From: an uncultured virus (IMG/VR IMGVR_UViG_3300042554_003148)
Taxonomy: Duplodnaviria > Heunggongvirae > Uroviricota > Caudoviricetes
IMG/VR virus record: IMGVR_UViG_3300042554_003148
Length of the DNA stretch: 64,000 bases
Reading direction: 5' to 3' (one strand)
Positions within the stretch are counted from its first letter, which is position 1. Each line of letters begins with the position of its first letter. Position numbers and translations under genes: made by a program. The notes beneath the pieces were generated by a model. That model was not told the DNA's origin and searched no databases. It saw nothing but the letters and a program-made list of their open reading frames with translations. Below are positions 57,434 through 64,000 of this stretch, one piece after another.

Positions 57434-57911
57434 TTTGGTTCTCCTTTGGTTTATTGTTTATGAGGTAAATCCTTTTAATAATATATTCTGCTACTTTTTC
57501 TGCATTAGATGCATTATTACAAAATAATACTTTAATATCGTATTTAAGCTGCCAATCTAATATATTCTTCATTATAAATGCTGGAGTAATTCTAACTTTA
57601 TCCCACATTCTTTTTGGTAGATTTGATCCTATAGGATAGTTTAACACATCATTCATGCTAAATTCTAATAGGAAAAATGAATATTTAAGTTGGCTCATTC
57701 TATGTACAACATCTTTGAACCGTGGTTCAATAATATTATTAGCAATTTCATTTATACTCTTTTTACGTTCTATAGCAAAAACGTCCTGAAGACCTTCTAT
57801 ACTATAATCGCCAGTATCTAATTTTTTATTAGCAACTACATAATCCTCAAAAGACCACGGTTGTTGCTCTCTGGTATCTATTATGATCGTAAAGTCTTCA
57901 TTATTTATCAT
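57423..57911 (-). CDS. ERCC4/XPF-family nuclease
   Basis: IIIDTREQ...LDTGDYS...IERK signature. Confidence 0.88.
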   Translation of the reverse strand: MINNEDFTIIIDTREQQPWSFEDYVVANKKLDTGDYSIEGLQDVFAIERKKSINEIANNIIEPRFKDVVHRMSQLKYSFFLLEFSMNDVLNYPIGSNLPKRMWDKVRITPAFIMKNILDWQLKYDIKVLFCNNASNAEKVAEYIIKRIYLINNKPKENQNET

Positions 57912-58179
57912 TTGATTTTTTATTATCAGATATTAATTTGCTAAAAACTGCTTCGTATGCGTTTTCGTTTCCTTCTATAAGAGAGTGATGAAATTTACAC
58001 AAAGTGATTCCGTTATTTATATTATATCTCAAATCAACGCTATCAACCCATCTTTTGATATGGTGAACATGTAATTTTTTAGATGCTAAACATCCTGGCC
58101 ATTGACATTTGTATTGATCTCGTTTTTTAACCTCTTGTCTAAAATTTTTGTATAATGGATCGTTATAATTTCTAAACAT
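57901..58179 (-). CDS. HNH endonuclease
   Basis: RDQYKCQWPGC...HVHHI...NGITLCKFHH. Confidence 0.9.
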   Translation of the reverse strand: MFRNYNDPLYKNFRQEVKKRDQYKCQWPGCLASKKLHVHHIKRWVDSVDLRYNINNGITLCKFHHSLIEGNENAYEAVFSKLISDNKKSNDK

Positions 58180-59164
58180 TAGCGTAAACTTTAATGTCGC
58201 TTTGTATCATTTCGCTAACTAAATCATCAAAAGAAGTTGATGGAATCCATCCTAGTACTTTTTGAGCTTTAAGAGATCGGCCACATAAATAGTCAACTTC
58301 TGCTGGTCGATATAATGACGGATCAATTTCCACATATTGTTTGTAGTCTAGATCCACACTCTCAAAAGATTTGATAACAAAATTTAATACGCTATGAGTT
58401 TGACCGGTACAAATAACAAAGTCGTCAGGAACATCTTGCTGTAGCATCAAATACATAGCATATACATAATCTTTAGCGTGACCCCAATCTCTGTAAGCTT
58501 GAAGATTACCAAGTTTTAAACTGTCTGATGTTTTCTTGTTAACTAATTGGCCAATATATTTGGTAACTTTTCGCGTTAGAAAATTTTCGCCACGTCGCGG
58601 ACTTTCATGATTAAATAGTATGCCGCTAGTAGCAAAGATATTATAAGCATCACGATATATTCGTACCAAATTGTGACTAGCAACTTTGCTAACAGCATAC
58701 GGACTTTGTGGAATTAGTGGAGTATTTTCATCTTGATATTTATTATTATCTTTATCCACACTATAATTTTTACCAAACATTTCGCTAGTGCTAGCTTGAT
58801 AATATTTTGTAGCAGATGATGTGGTTCTTATGCCCTCTAAAATATGTAAAACTCCCATGGTATTAATATCAAACGTTGTGGAGGGCTGGTGAAAACTGGT
58901 TCCCACATGACTCATAGCGGCTAAGTTATAGAATTCGTCTGGTTCGTATTGTTTTAATATGGATAGTATTACTGAAGGATCTGTAAGATCAAATTCCAAA
59001 AGAGTTAAATTAGGATGATCTACTATACTGGATATTCTTTCAAAATGATACGAACTACTACGTCTATATAATCCAATAACTTTGTAGTCTTTTTCTAATA
59101 ATAGTTCGGCTAGATAGCTGCCATCTTGACCAGTAATGCCTGTTATTATAGCTGTTTTATTCAT
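58172..59164 (-). CDS. gmd: GDP-mannose 4,6-dehydratase
   Basis: ITGITGQDGSYLAE, YNLAAMSHV, QASTSE, SPYAVSK, LFNHESPRRG, RDWGHAKDY. Confidence 0.96.
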   Translation of the reverse strand: MNKTAIITGITGQDGSYLAELLLEKDYKVIGLYRRSSSYHFERISSIVDHPNLTLLEFDLTDPSVILSILKQYEPDEFYNLAAMSHVGTSFHQPSTTFDINTMGVLHILEGIRTTSSATKYYQASTSEMFGKNYSVDKDNNKYQDENTPLIPQSPYAVSKVASHNLVRIYRDAYNIFATSGILFNHESPRRGENFLTRKVTKYIGQLVNKKTSDSLKLGNLQAYRDWGHAKDYVYAMYLMLQQDVPDDFVICTGQTHSVLNFVIKSFESVDLDYKQYVEIDPSLYRPAEVDYLCGRSLKAQKVLGWIPSTSFDDLVSEMIQSDIKVYANV

Positions 59165-59987
59165 TGTGATTTTCCATAAATTCTGGTGTTAGTAATGGTA
59201 CGTCCACAGTATTGTCTTGATAAGTATGATATTGTTGCATTCTTTCTTTGGCTCCGTTTGCTGCCATTCCAAGAATTTCCATTTCTTTGCCTTCTTTTTC
59301 TCTGACTATTTCATCTTCTAGCATTCGTATTAAACCAACCCAACTACTTTTGCCATCTTCTATTCTTTTTATTCTTTGTTCCCTAGTAGCTTTAAGATCC
59401 TTGCTAATTTTTTGCTGTTCGTTAAGAAGTTTGGTATATTCATTAGTGTAATTAGCGATACTGTTGCGGGCAAACGACAATTGAGTTTCGAGATTAGCCA
59501 GTTTCGGTATATCTCTTTGATCCTCACTTTTTTCATATTCTTTATCCACAAGCTTTTGTAATTTTTCAGTTTCGCTAATGTGTCTTTTTCGTTCCTTCAT
59601 GCTACGGTTAATTAATATATCAATAGTGATAAATTGTTTAATTTGCAACTCTTCTGCTGGTAAAACGTCTTCTCTAAACTGTTTTATTAGTCCAACCCAA
59701 GTATCTTCAAAGTATTGGAGTTCGCCGCTGTCCGCATCAAATTGACGTGTAATTTCTACCCAAAAGGTTTTACTATGTAATTTATCTTTTAGGGTTTCAT
59801 AAGCCGCTTTGTCTTCTGGATCAATTAGTAAATTATTTTCATTAATATATCGCTTAATTGGTCCTTCATGACGATTAAGATTAGATGATATAGTATCTAT
59901 GCTTAATAAATTAACATTCTCACGAATATAAGCTTCTTCATCTAAACTTAGTTGTCCTCGTTTTTTGGGAATTCTGTTGGCTTCCAC
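59157..59987 (-). CDS. HTH plus coiled-coil protein (small-terminase candidate, unproven)
   Basis: N-terminal EEAYIRENV..LSIDTI...LNR helix-turn-helix-like segment, long coiled coil, same operon as terL. Confidence 0.5.
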   Translation of the reverse strand: MEANRIPKKRGQLSLDEEAYIRENVNLLSIDTISSNLNRHEGPIKRYINENNLLIDPEDKAAYETLKDKLHSKTFWVEITRQFDADSGELQYFEDTWVGLIKQFREDVLPAEELQIKQFITIDILINRSMKERKRHISETEKLQKLVDKEYEKSEDQRDIPKLANLETQLSFARNSIANYTNEYTKLLNEQQKISKDLKATREQRIKRIEDGKSSWVGLIRMLEDEIVREKEGKEMEILGMAANGAKERMQQYHTYQDNTVDVPLLTPEFMENHNE

Positions 59988-60589
59988 TGGTGCTCCTTCA
60001 TTATTTCAGCGATGTGTTTTTTAAGTTTAGTTAATTCTGACTTATTAATTTTTTGATTGTGTTTTAATTTTAAATAGCTTTCTCTATATTCTGATCTTAT
60101 ATTAGAATCTAAAAAAGATACTATTTCTGAGCTTTCATGAGAAGTACTAGATGCTGACAATAACGATAAATCTTCAACATAAGATGGCTTGGCTATGTTC
60201 TTTTTAGCATCGTTTCGCTTGGCCCATGAAGCATATGGTTCGCATTCCTTTTTGTCAATAAATTTAGAGCACTGATTGTTAGAAACTTTATAAGCAGCAT
60301 CGTATAGTGGACACGTTAAACAAGGCTTGTCTGGTCTTTGATAGTTATTTCTTTTGTAATTAAATAACCGATTTCGCACATGAGTCCATAAAAAGTTTTC
60401 TAATGGCCTTTTATAATCATAATTTTTTAATCCTTCTAACGCAAATATGGCCGCTTGTTGTTTCATGTCCTCGGCACTGTGATAGCCGAATTTAAATTTG
60501 TGAGCTAATTTTTTAGTAATTTTATCTAATACTTGTAAAAATTCAGCATCTGAAACTTGATTTTTATTTTCCAGAATTTTTTTCTTCAT
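59948..60589 (-). CDS. Phage sigma70-family factor (region-2-like) with a Cys4 insertion
   Basis: EDMKQQA.IFALEGLKNYD..RPLENFLWTHVRNRLFNYKR; CLTC...C...C insert; degenerate C-terminus. Confidence 0.7.
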   Translation of the reverse strand: MKKKILENKNQVSDAEFLQVLDKITKKLAHKFKFGYHSAEDMKQQAAIFALEGLKNYDYKRPLENFLWTHVRNRLFNYKRNNYQRPDKPCLTCPLYDAAYKVSNNQCSKFIDKKECEPYASWAKRNDAKKNIAKPSYVEDLSLLSASSTSHESSEIVSFLDSNIRSEYRESYLKLKHNQKINKSELTKLKKHIAEIMKEHQWKPTEFPKNEDN

Positions 60590-60815
60590 TATCTAGTAGA
60601 ATTGATATATCCTCTCCGTCTGGTAGTTGCAGATCGCTTTGAGCCTGGTCCACAATACATCCTGATGCTTTGACCGATAAGATCGAAGATGTAAGATTGG
60701 TAATATTAGAATCAAAATTAATCATATTGAGCCCCTTGCTTAAAAGAACCAAAACTATAATATAATAGAGTTGATCATCACATTGTCAATATTTACACTA
60801 TATGGAGAGAATAAA

Positions 60816-61052
60816 ATGAGCTACAGAAAATGGGGTCAGGTTGAATTGGATTTTATCCGCGATAATTTTAATGTTATTTCTGATGATGAAATTGCTGTAC
60901 GATTGAGTCAAATAACAAATAGTAGTATTACTACTCCTATGGTGCGACGACAAAGGCGCAAACTTGGTATTCAAAAGCCACGAGGTCGTCAACCAAAGAA
61001 CAAAAATGCCTCAATGCCAGCATCGTTTGCATCATCAAATGATAATGGTTGA
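60816..61052 (+). CDS. Small HTH DNA-binding protein
   Basis: GGAG RBS and ATG at 60816; WGQVELDFIR...SDDEIA..L...VRRQRRKLGI, followed by a PRGR AT-hook-like motif. Confidence 0.7.
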   Translation: MSYRKWGQVELDFIRDNFNVISDDEIAVRLSQITNSSITTPMVRRQRRKLGIQKPRGRQPKNKNASMPASFASSNDNG

Positions 61053-61085
61053 ACATAAAATTTTAAATTAGATTATGATAAAATT

Positions 61086-61110
61086 GGGGCATTAAGTTGC
61101 CCCTTTTTTA
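61086..61110 (+). terminator. Rho-independent terminator
   Basis: GGGGCA-ttaagt-TGCCCC followed by TTTTTT. Confidence 0.75.
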
Positions 61111-61138
61111 TTTAACCATATAGCATAAGGAAAATAAT

Positions 61139-62056
61139 ATGAAAGTTTTAGTTACTGGTGGTAATGGATTTTTAGGGTCTAGAATTATGAAAGTTCTAAA
61201 AGATCAAGGTTATGATGCTTCAACATTTAGATCAAGAAATTTTGATTTGTGCAATCCTAAGCAAACTAAGGATGCTTTTGATAGATATCGGCCAGATGCT
61301 GTGATACACTGTGCTGCTGTGGTTGGTGGAATAGGGGCAAATAGAGTTAATCCAGGATCATTTTTTTATCAAAACATGATGATGGGATTAAATGTTATTG
61401 AAAATTGTAGAGTTTTTGATGTGAGTAAAGTTGTGCAGATAGGAACGGTTTGTAGTTATCCTAAATATACTCCGGTTCCTTTTAGTGAGGATAGTTTGTG
61501 GGACGGCTATCCGGAAGAAACTAATGCTCCGTACGGAATAGCTAAAAAAGCTCTTTATGTTATGGTAGAAGCTTATAAAAATCAATATGATCTAAATGGT
61601 TGCGTATTGGTGCCTTGTAATTTATATGGGCCAAATGATAATTTTGATCCTGGTAGTAGTCATGTTATTCCGGCTTTGATTAAAAAGTTTATTGATGCAA
61701 AACAAAATAACAATACCGAGGTAGAATGTTGGGGAAGCGGAAGTGCCACACGAGAATTTTTATATGTGGATGATGCTGCTGAGGCTATAGTAAAAAGCTT
61801 GAGCGTGGATACTGATTCTAAGCCTATTAATCTGGGCGGTGGTGTTGAAATAACAATAAAAGATTTAGCAGAAAAAATAAAACTATTTGTTGGATACGAT
61901 GGAAATATAGCTTGGAATAGCGATCAGCCAGATGGTCAGCCACGAAGATTTCTTGATGTATCACGAGCCAAAAAGGTACTGAGCTGGGAACCAAAGGTAA
62001 GTTTTGATGCTGGATTAAAAGAGACTATAGAGTGGTACGGGGCTAATAAAAAATGA
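61139..62056 (+). CDS. fcl: GDP-L-fucose synthase
   Basis: VTGGNGFLG, HCAAVVGGIGAN, GTVCSYPK, YGIAK, NLYGPNDNF...SHVIPALI, WGSGSATREFLYVDD. Confidence 0.95.
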   Translation: MKVLVTGGNGFLGSRIMKVLKDQGYDASTFRSRNFDLCNPKQTKDAFDRYRPDAVIHCAAVVGGIGANRVNPGSFFYQNMMMGLNVIENCRVFDVSKVVQIGTVCSYPKYTPVPFSEDSLWDGYPEETNAPYGIAKKALYVMVEAYKNQYDLNGCVLVPCNLYGPNDNFDPGSSHVIPALIKKFIDAKQNNNTEVECWGSGSATREFLYVDDAAEAIVKSLSVDTDSKPINLGGGVEITIKDLAEKIKLFVGYDGNIAWNSDQPDGQPRRFLDVSRAKKVLSWEPKVSFDAGLKETIEWYGANKK

Positions 62057-62478
62057 ATATTAAACTTTTAGAAGCTACGGATAATATACAAGATTATATA
62101 GATTGCGTGAAGGATCTAAATAGTCATTATACTAATTTGAGTTCAATAGAAGATATTAAATATGTGCTAGAGCACAGACCGTCAAATATATTAACTTTTG
62201 TGATGGTGAACGATAGTGATAGGATAGTATCAACAGCAACGGTGATTATGGAAAAAAAATTAAGATATCAAAATTTATGTATGCATATAGAGGATGTTGG
62301 CACTCATCCACATTTTCGTAATCTTGGATACGGTTCGGAACTAATTCGATACTGCGTAAAAATAGCAGAAGAGAACAAATGCTACAAAGTTAAATTGAAT
62401 TGTGAAAAAGATTTAGTAAGCTTCTATGAGAAACTAGATTTTAAGGTTGGCGGAAACCACATGGGGCGATCATTATAG
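62053..62478 (+). CDS. GNAT acetyltransferase, GNA1 (glucosamine-6-phosphate N-acetyltransferase)-like
   Basis: TATVIMEKK...HIEDV....FRNLGYG..LI...CYKVKLNC.....FYEK. Confidence 0.75.
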   Translation: MNIKLLEATDNIQDYIDCVKDLNSHYTNLSSIEDIKYVLEHRPSNILTFVMVNDSDRIVSTATVIMEKKLRYQNLCMHIEDVGTHPHFRNLGYGSELIRYCVKIAEENKCYKVKLNCEKDLVSFYEKLDFKVGGNHMGRSL

Positions 62479-62591
62479 TTTAGGTAAGACATTTGTTTTA
62501 GTTTTGGCTTACTATGTTTAGACCACCGCCGGTTTTTTGAGACTGATTCTCAATATCAAACCAAAATGAAAAAACCCCCCTACTAAGCGGG

Positions 62592-62745
62592 TGACGCAAA
62601 ATGCTGTGCAAAATGCTACAGTATGACGCAAAATGCTACAGTGATCCTTACCCCCGTCTCAAAATGAGAATGCTGTAACCCTATATTTTTCAAGGGGTTA
62701 CGAAAAATCCTATTTTTTTTCTCGAATGGCACGACATTCGCATAT
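62592..62745 (+). promoter_or_regulatory. Sigma54-type promoter cassette 1 (UAS-like repeats, 21-bp box, 29-bp palindrome, -24/-12)
   Basis: TGGCACGACATTCGCA at 62727-62742 (GG-N10-GC); GCAAAATGC at 62596, 62608 and 62628. Confidence 0.7.
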
Positions 62746-62800
62746 ATATCTGGTATCGAAACAAGGGGTTTCGGAAACAAGTAGAAAAAGGATAGATAAG

Positions 62801-63031
62801 ATGGAAAACATGATTGTGCTCAATACGGTTCGTGAGTTGTGCGAGTTGATCAACAATACGACCATGACCACGTTTGTTGGTCGTGTTGCTTTTGCAATGG
62901 ACCTTCTGGAAAGGGTTCGCCATAATGATAACATGATCGAAATCAATCATGAGTTGGGATTCTGCGATGATGGTGGATTCATCCAGATTGATGAGATGGG
63001 TTATGTGGTCGATGATTATGCGATCCAGTGA
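62801..63031 (+). CDS. Small hypothetical protein (76 aa)
   Basis: ATG at 62801 after a purine-rich leader (AAGGA), downstream of cassette 1. Confidence 0.65.
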   Translation: MENMIVLNTVRELCELINNTTMTTFVGRVAFAMDLLERVRHNDNMIEINHELGFCDDGGFIQIDEMGYVVDDYAIQ

Positions 63032-63041
63032 TTCCCTATAA

Positions 63042-63076
63042 GGGGGGTTGTGGCAGCGAAAAAGTTTGGTAGGATC
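63042..63076 (+). promoter_or_regulatory. Sigma70-like promoter repeat 1
   Basis: TTGTGG-N16-TAGGAT with extended -10 TG; near-identical copy at 63966-64000. Confidence 0.55.
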
Positions 63077-63099
63077 ATAGAAAAGAAAGAGAGAAAAAG

Positions 63100-63285
63100 A
63101 TGGTTTACAATGTTGGCGATAGGTTGAGTGTGGTCTATAGTACTGGCGAATCGTTCACCGGTGAACTGGTTAGCGTTCGTGAGATTCCGAACAAGGGAAC
63201 GCTTATTCTGGTGAACGACGAAACGGTAGGCTATCGGTCCATGTATGCCGACAAGGTTGTGAGCGTAATCGTGGAGAATGCTTGA
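63100..63285 (+). CDS. Small beta-rich hypothetical protein
   Basis: 61 aa with a purine-rich leader. Confidence 0.65.
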   Translation: MVYNVGDRLSVVYSTGESFTGELVSVREIPNKGTLILVNDETVGYRSMYADKVVSVIVENA

Positions 63286-63492
63286 ATGGATACTAACTAC
63301 TTTCAATCATCGTTCGAGAGTATGGAAACGAGTACCATACGATTGTGGCTCCACGAAGCACAAGTACGACTGCCCCATGAGAGGGGTAGCGTTCGTGAGA
63401 TACTGAAAGAAGGTATACGCGCGTCTGCTCGTGAACTGTTGTTCAGGTATCGAGAGGATATGAAAAGAATCTTTTCAAAAAACTCGACGTAA
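63286..63492 (+). CDS. Small hypothetical protein
   Basis: 68 aa abutting the previous gene, with GGAG upstream. Confidence 0.55.
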   Translation: MDTNYFQSSFESMETSTIRLWLHEAQVRLPHERGSVREILKEGIRASARELLFRYREDMKRIFSKNST

Positions 63493-63569
63493 ACCCTTGA
63501 TACGTAAGGACTTACGGCGAAATTGGGCCGCCATTTTTGACGTAACTCCTTATGGTTCAAGCACTTACG
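63488..63569. repeat. Two 29-bp quasi-palindromes CGTAA-N19-TTACG
   Basis: 63488-63516 and 63541-63569; related copies at 62674-62702 and 63668-63696. Confidence 0.75.
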
Positions 63570-63585
63570 GCGACCCCAAAGGTGG

Positions 63586-63739
63586 TGTAGCAAAACGCTG
63601 TAGCAAAATGCAACACCTGTAGCAAAATGCTTCACCTTGGCACACCCCCGTCTCAAAATGAGAAAGTTGTAAAGTGTTGTCCCATAAGGACTTAGAAAGA
63701 AAAAAATATTTTTCAGACTTTGGCACGGGAAGTGCATTA
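63586..63739 (+). promoter_or_regulatory. Sigma54-type promoter cassette 2
   Basis: TGGCACGGGAAGTGCA at 63721-63736; TGTAGCAAAA(T/C)GC three times; 21-mer identical to cassette 1. Confidence 0.7.
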
Positions 63740-63767
63740 TATAGAGGCATAAGAAAGAGAGTGAAAG

Positions 63768-63953
63768 ATGGATAAGACGATTTATTTGGTTTCCGATTGC
63801 TGCTATGTTGAAAGCAACCCAGATTACCAAGTCTGCTCATGTTGTGGTGAGCATTGCGAAATGGTTGTGGATGATTCGATCCATACTGCTATGATGGATG
63901 ATTTCATCGAGTCAGACTATATCCCCGGTTATGATGATGGTGAGGCTATCTAG
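63768..63953 (+). CDS. Small Cys-rich (Zn-ribbon-like) acidic protein
   Basis: SDCC...CSCCGEHC; downstream of cassette 2. Confidence 0.65.
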   Translation: MDKTIYLVSDCCYVESNPDYQVCSCCGEHCEMVVDDSIHTAMMDDFIESDYIPGYDDGEAI

Positions 63954-63965
63954 TCTCACCTAATC

Positions 63966-64000
63966 GGGGGGTTGCGGCGGCGAAAAAGTTTGGTAGAATC
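63966..64000 (+). promoter_or_regulatory. Sigma70-like promoter repeat 2
   Basis: TTGCGG-N16-TAGAAT with extended -10 TG. Confidence 0.55.

Noticed and set aside
980..59561. Many short + strand and alternative-frame ORFs
   Set aside because: Antisense or frame shadows of long minus-strand genes, often low-complexity mirrors of TP or Pro repeats.
60727..60766. Sigma70 promoter for the 60816 gene
   Set aside because: TATAAT boxes are present, but spacing to the TTGCTT candidate is 14 or 19 bp, so a full promoter is not supported.
62726..62800. ORF-track start at 62726
   Set aside because: That ATG overlaps the -24 element; ATG 62801 has a better leader.
62592..63700. CRISPR array or replication iterons
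   Set aside because: Repeats are short, lack unique 30-40 bp spacers and sit at fixed distances from -24/-12 elements. No cas or rep gene is nearby.
62690..63840. Minus-strand ORFs in the right-hand region (e.g. 63303..63830)
   Set aside because: They cross regulatory repeats and oppose + strand genes that have clear leaders and promoters.
1..64000. tRNA, rRNA, integrase, tail sheath or lysis genes
   Set aside because: None recognised by eye; intergenic gaps are mostly too short for RNA genes.

Overview
This window is the morphogenesis region of a large, AT-rich tailed dsDNA phage (Caudoviricetes; long-tailed, with no sheath gene seen). The minus-strand genes run right to left: sigma-like factor, gmd, HNH and ERCC4 nucleases, terminase, portal, prohead protease/scaffold, decoration protein, major capsid, fibre genes, neck, tail tube, two paralogous tail chaperones, a 4648-aa tape measure protein (TMP), and large accessory virion proteins. 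The last of these is an unlisted ORF of at least 2534 codons (7602 to the window edge) that starts with a subtilase. From ~60.8 kb the genes switch to the plus strand (fcl, a GNA1-like GNAT), followed by a GC-richer array of tiny genes driven by repeated promoter cassettes. Main observations: (1) the TMP looks like a polyprotein with enzyme-like cassettes (nuclease-like, HAD, HExxH, GNAT) bounded by [FY]xxGG motifs; (2) three circularly permuted FGE/SUMF1-type lectin-fold domains; (3) two sigma54-type promoter cassettes with identical spacing of their elements; (4) a single-box RGTGTA late-promoter motif before eight structural starts, next to a phage sigma factor; (5) a GDP-fucose pathway alongside mucin-like Thr/Pro virion linkers. 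All calls come from reading motifs by eye; no searches were run.
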